Shown: positions 48,578-57,978, counted from the first letter of the stretch. The stretch: 64,000 nucleotides of DNA from Alphaproteobacteria bacterium (GCA_965216755.1 CBDCGL010000011.1:3456001-3520000), one strand, 5' to 3'. Program-made: numbers and translations. Notes: generated by a model not told the origin, from the sequence alone.

Positions 48578-49251
48578 CAGGGCGGTTGACGTGGCGGCGG
48601 TGGCTGAGCGCGGCCGCGATCGGGCTCGCGTTCGCCGGGTTGGCATTGGTTGGCGACGGTCTTTACATCAAGGTCAAGGCCCACCTCGCCCAGCATCTCT
48701 TGGCACAAGCTTGGGCGGCCACGACCGACGGCGCCGAACGTGCGCGGCCCTGGCCGTGGGCCGACACCTGGCCGGTGGCGCGGTTGGCGGTGCCGGCCCA
48801 TGACGTTGAGCAGATCGTGCTGGCGGGCGCGAGCGGCCGCACATTGGCTTTTGGTCCGGGCCATCACAGCGGCTCCGCCACCCCCGGCGCGGTCGGACTG
48901 ACCATCCTGACCGGCCATCGCGATACCCATTTCGCGTTTTTGCAGCGCCTCGCGATTGGCGACGGGATCACGCTGACCACGCCGGATGGCGTGCGACACG
49001 GCTACCACGTGACCGAAACCCAAGTGGTTCACAAGGACGACGCGCGATTTCGCCAACCGGCACCAGGCAATCGTGTACTCGCCCTGGTCACCTGTTGGCC
49101 CTATGACGCGGTGGTTCCAGGTGGTCCGCTGCGCCATGTCGTGGTCGCGCAGGCCACGGATCATACCGCGTCGCAGAATCTTGACAGCGCGCCCTTGCCG
49201 CCAGCACAGTTGGCGGGCGACGGGCCGGTCAAAATGGTGATGGTGCGATGA
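48574..49251 (+). CDS. Class GN (marine proteobacterial) sortase
   Basis: N-terminal TM, KA.LAQ.LL..AW, PWPWADTWPVARL, LAFGPG, GHRDTHF (His), LVTCWP (Cys), GGPLR (Arg). Confidence 0.95.
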   Translation: MTGRLTWRRWLSAAAIGLAFAGLALVGDGLYIKVKAHLAQHLLAQAWAATTDGAERARPWPWADTWPVARLAVPAHDVEQIVLAGASGRTLAFGPGHHSGSATPGAVGLTILTGHRDTHFAFLQRLAIGDGITLTTPDGVRHGYHVTETQVVHKDDARFRQPAPGNRVLALVTCWPYDAVVPGGPLRHVVVAQATDHTASQNLDSAPLPPAQLAGDGPVKMVMVR

Positions 49252-50330
49252 ACATCGATCGAATCGAAACAAACGTCTATCGCATTCCCTTGGCCGAACC
49301 GGTCGAACTCGCCACCCATGGCGTTCTGCGCGACTTGGATCTGCTCATGGTGCGCCTTTGGGATACGGATGGCGCGATGGGTTGCGGCTACAGCACGCTC
49401 AACGCCGGTCACGGGCCGGCGACCGCAATGATCATCGAGCGGGTCTTCGCCGATTTGATCATGGGCGAAGATCCGCGCCGAATCGAATGGCTATGGCAGC
49501 GCATGTGGCGCGCCCACCATTATTCGGGTCGCGGCGGCCCGGTCACCTTCGCGTTGGCTGCGGTCGATATCGGGTTGTGGGATTTGCGCGGCCGATGCCT
49601 GGGGGAGCCCTTGTGGCGTTTGCTCGGTGGCCATGACCCGAAAGTCCCCGCCTATATCGGCAATATCGATCTCGGCTTACCGCGCACGGCTTTGTTGGAG
49701 GGCGCCTCACGCAGTCTCGAGGCAGGCTATCGGGCGCTGAAAATGCGTCTCGGCCGACCGACCTTGCGTGAAGATTTGGCCCGTGTCGCCGCCATGCGGG
49801 ACCATATCGGGCCGGACATCGCGTTGATGGCCGATGCCAATGAAGCGTGGCGTGTCGACCAAACCGTGCGCGCCATGCACGGGTTGCGCGATATCGATTT
49901 GGTCTGGCTCGAAGAACCGATCCGACCGGACGACTTCGCCGGCTACGCCCATTTGCGCCGGCTCGGTCTGGTGCCGATCGCGGCCGGCGAAAACCTCCAC
50001 ACCTTGGCCGAGTTCACGGCGTTGATTTCGGCGGGCGGCGTGGATTTTCCTGAACCGGATGTCACCACCTGTGGCGGCATCACCCCGTGGCTGAAAATTG
50101 CGCGCTTGGCCGAGGCGCACGGCTTGCCGATCACCTCACACGGCGCGCAGGACATCCATGTCCACTTGCTGGCGGCCGTGCCCAATACCGCGTATCTGGA
50201 AATCCACGCCGCGCGCCTCGACGATTATATCGCGGAGCAGTATGCGCTCGTCGACGGCCACGCCGTGGCCCCCGACCGACCCGGCCACGGCCTGGAATTC
50301 GATTGGCAAAAGCTGGGCAAATTTTCCTAA
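49248..50330 (+). CDS. Mandelate racemase / muconate lactonizing enzyme family protein
   Basis: AAVDIGLWDL, K.R, ADAN, WLEEP, AAGEN, SHG, PDRPGHG. Confidence 0.92.
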   Translation: MNIDRIETNVYRIPLAEPVELATHGVLRDLDLLMVRLWDTDGAMGCGYSTLNAGHGPATAMIIERVFADLIMGEDPRRIEWLWQRMWRAHHYSGRGGPVTFALAAVDIGLWDLRGRCLGEPLWRLLGGHDPKVPAYIGNIDLGLPRTALLEGASRSLEAGYRALKMRLGRPTLREDLARVAAMRDHIGPDIALMADANEAWRVDQTVRAMHGLRDIDLVWLEEPIRPDDFAGYAHLRRLGLVPIAAGENLHTLAEFTALISAGGVDFPEPDVTTCGGITPWLKIARLAEAHGLPITSHGAQDIHVHLLAAVPNTAYLEIHAARLDDYIAEQYALVDGHAVAPDRPGHGLEFDWQKLGKFS

Positions 50331-50352
50331 TCGGGCTCGCGTGCGCCGTTCT

Positions 50353-50823
50353 TCAGCCCTCCCAGGCGCTCTGCAGCGCGCGCCCGGCGCGATGGATCGC
50401 CTTGCGAATCCGCGTATGTGCGCCACAGCGGCAGTAGTTCTCTTTCATCGCGAAGTCGATTTCTTCATCTGTCGGTTCGGGATTGCTGTTCAACATCATG
50501 GCGATGGCCATGATTTGGCCAGGAATGCAATAACCGCATTGGGTGACGTTTTCGTCGATAAACGCTTGCTGAACCGGATGTAGGCCGTCACGTCCCAGGC
50601 CTTCGATGGTGGTGATATCGGCGCCGGCCGACTTGCCGATGGTGATCTGACACGATTTCACCAATTCGCCGTTCATATGGACATTGCACACGCCACATTC
50701 GCCAATCCCGCAGCCGTATTTTGTGCCGGTCAAGCCCATTTGCTCCCTGAGCACCCACATCAAGGGCGTATCGGGAGCCACATCGACGCTGTAGTCGGTA
50801 TCGTTCACGGTTAAAGAGATCAT
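50353..50823 (-). CDS. (2Fe-2S)-binding small subunit (IorA/CoxS-like), no adjacent large subunit
   Basis: GTKYGCGIGECGVCNV, QCGYC.PG, N.CRCG. Confidence 0.93.
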   Translation of the reverse strand: MISLTVNDTDYSVDVAPDTPLMWVLREQMGLTGTKYGCGIGECGVCNVHMNGELVKSCQITIGKSAGADITTIEGLGRDGLHPVQQAFIDENVTQCGYCIPGQIMAIAMMLNSNPEPTDEEIDFAMKENYCRCGAHTRIRKAIHRAGRALQSAWEG

Positions 50824-50976
50824 GTTTTTGTCCCAATTCTAGAGCCCAGAGCGTCGGCGGCGCGAGCGGACCCGACGCGATCAAAAAGGACACACGAACC
50901 CATTCTAGTATAAACTTACACCACGTAGGGAAATGGGTTTCGGTGAACGCTCATCACCTGCTGGTGTGTTTGAGAG

Positions 50977-51768
50977 GTGGCTGATATGCGGGAACGCTGG
51001 TTGGCTGTGGCGACGGCCCTGTTGACGATGCTGTTGGTGCACGATGTGCGCGCGGCCGAGAGTGACGAAAATCTGGAGACCGCCGCATGGGCGGCGCTGC
51101 AGAGCGAGGTGCTTGGCGGCGGGCCGGTTGTTTACGACAAGGCGGTCAAAGTACGCATGCCGCGGGTGGTGTGGGAGCCGCACAGCGTGCCGGTGACGAT
51201 AAATTTGTCGGAGATGCCCGGCAAGGTTTCCAAAGTGGTCCTGTTCGCGGAAAACAATCCGATTCAAACCGCGGCGCAGATCATGCCGCGGCGGCCGATC
51301 GAGGCGGTCGGTTTGAACATACGGCTCGAACAAACTACCCCGGTGCGCGTCGCCGCATTGGCGGACGATGGGGTCTGGCATGTCACCAATGTCGACGTCG
51401 TGGTGATGTTCCCCGGTGGTTGTTCCAAACCCCAAATTGATGTCGCCGAGGACGACGTTGGGTTGATCGCCATGAAGCGGTTTGATCAAGAGAATGGCGG
51501 CCAACGCCTGAAGCTCAAGATCAACCATCCAATGGACACCGGGTTCGCGACCGACGAAGACGGCCTTCTCGTCCCCGCCTATTACCTCAAAACCGTGACC
51601 GTGGCAGATCAGGCGGGACCGGTCGCGGATCTGATCACATCGGCGGCGCTGGCCTCGGACCCGAGCTTTGTCTTCGATTTGGCCGATATTCAGCAAAGCG
51701 TTCGGGTGACAGCCCGTGATAGCCGGGGGCTGGCGTTTGAGGCATTGGAGGTGCCGCCGACGATGTAG
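50977..51768 (+). CDS. Fused SoxYZ-like carrier protein (quinoprotein dehydrogenase-associated type)
   Basis: Signal peptide; SoxY-like half (VPV, ENNP, R.EQ.TPVR) ending in GGCS; SoxZ-like half (I.HP..TG...D, VPAYY, SDP). Confidence 0.82.
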   Translation: MADMRERWLAVATALLTMLLVHDVRAAESDENLETAAWAALQSEVLGGGPVVYDKAVKVRMPRVVWEPHSVPVTINLSEMPGKVSKVVLFAENNPIQTAAQIMPRRPIEAVGLNIRLEQTTPVRVAALADDGVWHVTNVDVVVMFPGGCSKPQIDVAEDDVGLIAMKRFDQENGGQRLKLKINHPMDTGFATDEDGLLVPAYYLKTVTVADQAGPVADLITSAALASDPSFVFDLADIQQSVRVTARDSRGLAFEALEVPPTM

Positions 51769-51857
51769 CGCGCGGTTGCCGGTTGTGCCTTGCGCAACCT
51801 GGCTTTCCATGAGCAGAATTGCCACGCGAGGATTGTCGGATACTGCTCTAGGATCAG

Positions 51858-52643
51858 GTGATGAAGAAACGAATTGGGCGCACGGCGGTGCCGGCGGCGT
51901 TGGCTTTGACCGTGACGTGTGCGGTCGTCGTATTTGGCGGTATGTCGGCGTCGGCCCAGTCGGTCGAACTGCGCCAAATGCATCATCAGGTCCAGCAGCA
52001 CTACGCCGCCGGTCGAATCGCCGCGGCGGCGAAGGTCGCCGTCGAGGCCGTGCGGTTGGGGGTCGAAGAGTTTGGCGCGGCCCATCCGACCACAGCCGCA
52101 TTGATGGCCAATCTTGCCGAACTGCGTGTCGAACTGGGCGAGTGGGCTGAGGTCGAGCGCCTGTATCGCGATGTTGCGTCCGCACGCACGACGACGCTCG
52201 GTGCGCATCATCCGGATGTGGCTGAGGCTTATGACGGGCTTGGTCGGGCATTGGCGGCGCAACAGCGCTACGAAGCCGCCGAAGACGCCTATTGGCAAGC
52301 ATTGCAGGCCGTAGAACAGCAAGTCGCCAGGCGCCCACACATGGTCACAGACCTGAACTTAATCGCGGCGCTCTATCGGGCACGCGCCTATTACAATCGC
52401 GCGCACTTGCTGGTGGTGGACGGCCGCTTGGATGACGCCGAACTGATGTATCAAAGCGCCATTGCGACGTTCGAGGCGAGCCCCATGGTCGACGGCGCCG
52501 AATTGAGCGCGGCGCTTGATCGGCGTGCCACGGTGCTGCGCAGATTGGGCGCACAAGACGAGGCCGAGTCGCTTGAAGCAAGGGCGCGCGAAGTTGCCGA
52601 CGGCGGTCCGGGTTGCCATATCTCGCCGTTTCGTAGCTGCTGA
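51858..52643 (+). CDS. Exported tetratricopeptide repeat protein
   Basis: Signal peptide; G..HP..A....NLA / LG.HHPDVA kinesin-light-chain-like TPR units. Confidence 0.8.
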   Translation: MMKKRIGRTAVPAALALTVTCAVVVFGGMSASAQSVELRQMHHQVQQHYAAGRIAAAAKVAVEAVRLGVEEFGAAHPTTAALMANLAELRVELGEWAEVERLYRDVASARTTTLGAHHPDVAEAYDGLGRALAAQQRYEAAEDAYWQALQAVEQQVARRPHMVTDLNLIAALYRARAYYNRAHLLVVDGRLDDAELMYQSAIATFEASPMVDGAELSAALDRRATVLRRLGAQDEAESLEARAREVADGGPGCHISPFRSC

Positions 52644-52670
52644 TCCGCCGGCAATAGCAGAGTTGGCCAT

Positions 52671-53495
52671 ATGCAACGCGCCAAGGATCCAGAGGCGTTT
52701 ACCGCCTTCGAACATGAGGGCTGGCAGACCAGCAGCGCCGGCTATCAGAAACATTTCACGCGCCTGACCCGTCAAACCGTGCCGCCAACCTTGGATGCGG
52801 CCGGCGTTCAGGCGGGCATGCGGGTGCTCGATGTCTGCGCTGGCCCGGGCCTTTTGGCGGCCGCGGCGATAGAACGCGGCGCCGATGTTGTGGCGTTGGA
52901 CTTTTCCAGCGAAGCCGTCGCGATCGGCCGACGAACGGTTCCCGGCGCCGTCTTTCGCCAGGGCGATGCCCAGGATATGCCGTTCGACGACGACAGTTTC
53001 GACGCCGTCGCCTGTGGTTTTGGAATCGTCCACTTGCCGACACCGGAAAACGCGTTGCGCGACATGCGTCGCGTGTTACGACCAGGCCGGCGCATGGCGG
53101 TGAGTGTTTGGGAAGCGCCGCGGCCGACCAACGGCTATGGTGTTCTCTACGGTGCGTTCCAAGCCCATGCGGATATGAATGTGCCATTGCCGCACGGGCC
53201 GGATTTCTTTCAATTCAGCGCGCCCGAAGTGCTTGAAGCGGCGCTTGACGCGGTTGCACTTCGCGACATCGGGATCAGCCGCGTCGAGCAGACCTGGGCG
53301 ATGGACGCGCCGTTGGGCATCATGGAGGCGGTGTTGGAAGGCAGCGTTCGGGCGCGTGGCTTGTTGTTGGCTCAGACTGACGCGGTCCGCGCCGCGATCA
53401 ACCAGGACGTCGCCGCCGGCATGCGACGCTATCAAGTCTCGGCGGATGAATTTGCCGTTCCCATGCCGGCATTTGTCGGTGTCGGCACGAAATAG
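52671..53495 (+). CDS. Class I SAM-dependent methyltransferase
   Basis: VLDVCAGPG, LDFS, GDAQ.MPF.D.SFD, RVLRPG. Confidence 0.92.
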   Translation: MQRAKDPEAFTAFEHEGWQTSSAGYQKHFTRLTRQTVPPTLDAAGVQAGMRVLDVCAGPGLLAAAAIERGADVVALDFSSEAVAIGRRTVPGAVFRQGDAQDMPFDDDSFDAVACGFGIVHLPTPENALRDMRRVLRPGRRMAVSVWEAPRPTNGYGVLYGAFQAHADMNVPLPHGPDFFQFSAPEVLEAALDAVALRDIGISRVEQTWAMDAPLGIMEAVLEGSVRARGLLLAQTDAVRAAINQDVAAGMRRYQVSADEFAVPMPAFVGVGTK

Positions 53496-53516
53496 TGGCC
53501 GGGTATTCGAATCGAC

Positions 53517-53550
53517 AAAAAAACTGAGCCCGGCGCGGTGCCGGGCTCAG
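53517..53550 (-). terminator. Intrinsic terminator of iorAB
   Basis: Perfect 11-bp stem CTGAGCCCGGC/GCCGGGCTCAG with a 7-A run on the left (U-tract on the minus strand), between convergent genes. Confidence 0.85.
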
Positions 53551-53626
53551 CCTGGATTGCTTGGTCGCAATCTGATCGCCGTGGACGACGGTGGCGTTCC
53601 ACCAGCGCCGTCACGACATGATCAAG

Positions 53627-55927
53627 TTACGCCTTCGCGATATCCGCCGCCTGGATCGGCAATTGGTGAATCCGCTTGCCGGTGGCGTTGTAGATCGCGT
53701 TGACCAGCGCCGGTGTATAAGGCGGTACGCCCGGTTCGCCAACGCCGCAAGGCCGCAGATGGGTGAACTCTTCCGAAACATGGACCCGCACGTTTAGCGG
53801 CGCATCGCTAATCCGTGTGATCGGGTAATCGTGGAAGTTGCTCTGATCCACCGCACCCTTGGTGGTCGAAATCAGACCATGGCGGGCGACCGTGTTGCCA
53901 TAGATCGCCGCACCCTCAACCTGCTTGCGAATGCCTTCCGGATTGACATAGCGGCCGCAGTCGATGGCCATGTCAACTTGCGGAATGCGCAAGGTGCCGT
54001 CGTCGTGGACGACCACGTGCACCGCTGAGGCGACATAGCTGTGGAAGCACCGGTGAACCGCCAAGCCGAGGCCATGACCGTCCGGTAGAGACTTGCCATA
54101 GCCGGCCTTGTCGGCCGCCAGTTTCAACACGCTCGACAGACGTCCGGTCATGATCGGCCAATCCTCGATCGGATCGCCATAGTTCCAGTAGTCCTCGACG
54201 CCTTCCGACGCCAGATCGAGGGTCGCCGGTTCGCCGATCAGCTCAAGCAGGAACTCAAGCGGATCACGCCCGGCCGCGGCCGCCAGCTCGTTGGCGAAGC
54301 AGTTCATCGCAAACGAATGCTGAATATTGTTCACCGATCGATACCAGCCGATGCGGATCATGATATCGGCTTCGCCATTCACGATCTTGATGTTCGGCAC
54401 CCCGTTGTAGGGCAGATCGACCAAACCAAGACCGTATTCGATGTTGAAGCCCGTCTTTTGATCCGGCACCCACAGACCCAGGATCGACGGCCATGCACCC
54501 TTGTGTTCCCACGCGGTGACCTTGCCATTTTCATCCAGGGCCGCTTTGACCGTTTGCGCACTGGCGGTGTGATAGTAGCCGTGGCGAATGTCGTCCTCGC
54601 GGGTCCACTGCATGCGCACCGGCTTGCCGATCATTTTCGACAGAATCGCCGCTTCACACGCGTAGTCCGGCTGTGATTTGCGACCGAAGCCGCCGCCCAA
54701 CAACGACGGCTGACATTCGACGTCGGTCTTCTCCAGACCAAGCGCTTCGGCCACATATTGCCGGGTTTCGTTTGGCGATTGGGTGCACGCCCACACCTTG
54801 ACCGGGGTCGCGTTGGCGTCAACCAATGCCGCCACGGGTTCCATGGTGGTGTGGATGAAGTAGGGCACGAAATATTCGGCCTCAACCACTTTGTCGGCGT
54901 TGCTGAAGGCGTCGTCGACATTGCCGCGCTCGCGGATCACGTGCCCGGCGTCACGCGCGGCTTGCCGTAGCGTGTCGTTATAAGAGCCCGAGTCATGCGC
55001 GGCAAAGGGGCCGTCTTCCCATTCGATCTTGAGCTTGTCACGGCCTTGTAATACGGCCCAGGTGTTGGTGCCGACCACCGCGACGCCACCAAGGGCGCGG
55101 AACTCAGCGGCCTTGTCGTCGGCGAGCGCCGGGATTTCCACCACATGCTCAACACCGTCGACCGCCAGCGCGTCGCTGGCGTCGAACGATTTGACCGTGC
55201 CGCGATAGACCGGTGGTCGCGCGGCGACCGCGATCATCATGCCCGGCATGGTCATATCGGCGCCGTAGTCAGCGCCGCCGGTGCTCATGTCGTAATTGTC
55301 GACGACCGGCATGTCTTTGCCGATATAGCGCCATTCCGACGGATCTTTGAGTTTCGGCTGCGGCGCGGCTTCGCCGGCCGGCATGTTCATTTCGGACGCG
55401 GTCTCCACGACCTCGCCAAAATCGAGCGAGTTGCCCGATCCGGTATGATAGAGCCGGTGATTGCGGGCATAGACCTCGCTGGGATTGACACCCCATTGCT
55501 TGGCCGCTGCTTGCTCCAGCATGTACCGAGCTTGGGCACCAAGTTCGCGCATGATGTCGAAATGATGCCGCGTACTGCGCGAGCCGTCCGTGTTCTGGCC
55601 ATCTTGGCCGGCCGGATCATATTTGGTTTCGTCGCCCGGCGACTGCCAAATCTTGACGCGGCTCCAATCGGCTTCCAGTTCGTCCGCCAGCATCATGGGG
55701 ATGCCGGTTCGCACGCCTTGGCCCATTTCAATACGGCTACAGGTGATTGTCACCGTGCCGGCTTTGTCGATTGACACAAACAAGTTTGGTGCAATCGAAT
55801 CCGCGGCAGCCTTGGCGCCACCGATCAGCGATGTTTTGGGTAACACTTGCGCGCCGAGAACCAGTCCGGCGGTTGCGCCTGTGCCTTTGAGGACATCGCG
55901 CCTGCTGAGATTTTGAATCACTGACAT
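53627..55927 (-). CDS. iorB: Xanthine-oxidase-family molybdopterin subunit (isoquinoline 1-oxidoreductase beta-like), Tat-exported
   Basis: Tat motif SRRDVLK, EMGQG, TDGSRS, LGGGFGRK, WTREDD, GVGEPG.PP. Confidence 0.88.
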   Translation of the reverse strand: MSVIQNLSRRDVLKGTGATAGLVLGAQVLPKTSLIGGAKAAADSIAPNLFVSIDKAGTVTITCSRIEMGQGVRTGIPMMLADELEADWSRVKIWQSPGDETKYDPAGQDGQNTDGSRSTRHHFDIMRELGAQARYMLEQAAAKQWGVNPSEVYARNHRLYHTGSGNSLDFGEVVETASEMNMPAGEAAPQPKLKDPSEWRYIGKDMPVVDNYDMSTGGADYGADMTMPGMMIAVAARPPVYRGTVKSFDASDALAVDGVEHVVEIPALADDKAAEFRALGGVAVVGTNTWAVLQGRDKLKIEWEDGPFAAHDSGSYNDTLRQAARDAGHVIRERGNVDDAFSNADKVVEAEYFVPYFIHTTMEPVAALVDANATPVKVWACTQSPNETRQYVAEALGLEKTDVECQPSLLGGGFGRKSQPDYACEAAILSKMIGKPVRMQWTREDDIRHGYYHTASAQTVKAALDENGKVTAWEHKGAWPSILGLWVPDQKTGFNIEYGLGLVDLPYNGVPNIKIVNGEADIMIRIGWYRSVNNIQHSFAMNCFANELAAAAGRDPLEFLLELIGEPATLDLASEGVEDYWNYGDPIEDWPIMTGRLSSVLKLAADKAGYGKSLPDGHGLGLAVHRCFHSYVASAVHVVVHDDGTLRIPQVDMAIDCGRYVNPEGIRKQVEGAAIYGNTVARHGLISTTKGAVDQSNFHDYPITRISDAPLNVRVHVSEEFTHLRPCGVGEPGVPPYTPALVNAIYNATGKRIHQLPIQAADIAKA

Positions 55928-55930
55928 CGT

Positions 55931-56383
55931 TTACACCTCCTGAGCCGCAGTCTTCACGGCCGCGAAAATCCGCTGGTAGGTGCCGCAGCGACAAATATTA
56001 CCCTCCATGCCGTCGATGATTTCTTGATCGCTCGGGTCCGGATTGGCCGCGAGCAGGGCCGCAGCGTTCATGATTTGACCAGACTGGCAATAACCGCACT
56101 GCGGGACATTGTGTGCCCGCCACGCCCGTTGAACCGGGTGGTTGCCGTTCGGGTCCAAACCTTCGATCGTCGTCACGTCTTGTCCTGCCGCTTCCGACAT
56201 CGGCGTGATGCATGAGCGAACGGCGGCACCGCCGACATGCACCGTGCACGAACCGCAAAGGCCCGCGCCACAGGCAAACTTGCTGCCTGTCAGTCCCAGT
56301 ACGTCACGGACGTACCAGAGAATGGGCATATTTGGATCGCCGTCAAACTGGCGAGCCTCCCCATTGACACGTAACTCTATCAT
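55931..56383 (-). CDS. iorA: (2Fe-2S) small subunit (isoquinoline 1-oxidoreductase alpha-like)
   Basis: [33 protein letters not shown]. Directly upstream of iorB. Confidence 0.9.
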   Translation of the reverse strand: MIELRVNGEARQFDGDPNMPILWYVRDVLGLTGSKFACGAGLCGSCTVHVGGAAVRSCITPMSEAAGQDVTTIEGLDPNGNHPVQRAWRAHNVPQCGYCQSGQIMNAAALLAANPDPSDQEIIDGMEGNICRCGTYQRIFAAVKTAAQEV

Positions 56384-56952
56384 TCAAAGAGCCTCCCAAT
56401 ACTGAAGCTATTGTTCTTGCGCTTACCGAGCGGAACTTTATTAGAAGACGTTACGCGCCCAAGACGAATCGACGGAACCACCGCCGCGTCTCAGCCACAT
56501 TGTTTGTATCACGCGATCCTCAACGCCACTCTCAGTTTGCCACAAGTTGCCCCACCATTTTAGTCGACTTTGCAACGCAGGTACAATTGACTTTTCTGCG
56601 ACTGTCCGATTCGTTGCACGGAGCGTTGGGCGGCCTTTTGTCGGATCTGTGGGGTCGGTCGTGCAACTGGCTGTAACTACTGGCGGCTCAAGGCGTTATC
56701 CGGTGCGCCATGGGGCCTCGCAGCGGCGACGGGAATGGCAGCGAATTGGCCATGTGACGCGTTCCGTGGTGCCGCACAAATGGTTGTGAATCCGCGCCCA
56801 AAGTGAAAAGTTGCTTGAACGCCCGGAGCTGGCATGGGCGCAACCCGACTGACTCCTCTCAACGGCTTGCTCCGAGTTAAAGCAATGGCTAAGAGAACAG
56901 CACGGCAAACGGAAGCTTTTGAAACACGGCGAGCACACGGGGAGCCGCGGGG

Positions 56953-57960
56953 ATGAGGGTTTTGGTCACCGGTGGCGCCGGTTTTTTGGCGCGCGCCTTA
57001 GCGCAAGCCATCTTGGATCGGGAGACTTTGGTCGGCCCCAGCGGTGGGCACGAGACGATCGACGAGTTGGTGCTGCTGGATGTCGACTGCCGTCGCGGTT
57101 TGCCTGACGACATCGACGCACGGGTGCGCGTCGTCGACGGTGCGGTTTCGGATCGCGATCTGGTCTATGGGCTTGTCGATCGCGACGACATTGCGGTTTT
57201 TCATCTGGCCGACCTGACCGGTGGCGCCGACGACCAAGAATTTGATACCGCGATCCGGGTCAATTTGTATGGCAGTCTGAATATCTTGGAGGCGTGTCGA
57301 AGCCGCGAGTTGGCGCCGCGTTTGGTTGCCACCAGCTCATTGGCTGTGTTTGGCGGCGCCGCGATGCCGCACACGGTCAGCGACGGCACCAAGCTCTTGC
57401 CCCAATCAACCCTTGGCGCCACCAAGGCAATTTTGGAATTGCTGATCAACGAATATGCGCGCAAGGAATTCGTCGATGGACGTGTGGCCCGCCTGCCGCT
57501 GGTGATTGTCCGGCCGGATCGCCAGCCCGAGCCTTATTTCGAATTCGCCAGTGCGCTGTTGCGCGAACCTTTATTGGGTCGTGACTATGTCTGCCCGGTC
57601 GCGGCTGGAACCACCGTGGCGGTGATTGGCGCACGCACCGCGGTGGATGCGTTGATCACCCTGCACGACGTTGCCGGTGATCGGTTGGGTGATGACCGCG
57701 CGGTCACTCTGCCGAGCGTTCGCGCCAAGGTGGCCGATATACTGGGCTGTCTCAAACGGGTCGGCGACGGCCGCGCCCTTGGTGCCGTCGATATTCGCCC
57801 GGACCAATTCGTCGAGGCCATGTGCGCGGCGTGGCCGGAATCGACCGACGCCCATCGGGCGGCCTATTTGGGTGTTGAACGGGATGACGGTCTTGACTCG
57901 ATCGCGCGCGCCTTCATCGACGACCACCTATCGGACGAGCTGATCGCGGATCCGGTTTAA
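56953..57960 (+). CDS. D-erythronate dehydrogenase (DenD)-like extended SDR with degenerate active site
   Basis: VLVTGGAGFL, SSLAVFGG, ELL...Y.RK.FVDGR..RLP, REPL.G....CPV; YxxxK reads LGATK. Confidence 0.75.
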   Translation: MRVLVTGGAGFLARALAQAILDRETLVGPSGGHETIDELVLLDVDCRRGLPDDIDARVRVVDGAVSDRDLVYGLVDRDDIAVFHLADLTGGADDQEFDTAIRVNLYGSLNILEACRSRELAPRLVATSSLAVFGGAAMPHTVSDGTKLLPQSTLGATKAILELLINEYARKEFVDGRVARLPLVIVRPDRQPEPYFEFASALLREPLLGRDYVCPVAAGTTVAVIGARTAVDALITLHDVAGDRLGDDRAVTLPSVRAKVADILGCLKRVGDGRALGAVDIRPDQFVEAMCAAWPESTDAHRAAYLGVERDDGLDSIARAFIDDHLSDELIADPV

Positions 57961-57978
57961 GATGATCGCCGCCGCCGA

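Noticed and set aside
50905-52338. 477-aa minus-strand ORF, and similar long overlapping ORFs such as 32904-34061 and 45377-46432
   Set aside because: They lie antisense to well-supported genes and have Arg/Pro-rich or otherwise featureless shadow-frame composition.
56828-56845. Sigma-54 promoter (CTGGCA...)
   Set aside because: The -12 TTGC element is not at the required spacing.
56860-56950. Moco-riboswitch-like string (CTCCGAG...CTAAG...GAAAC...GGAGC)
   Set aside because: The tetraloop-receptor pairing and GCCTCC element are missing, and it faces the DenD-like gene rather than iorAB. An Rfam cmscan would settle it.
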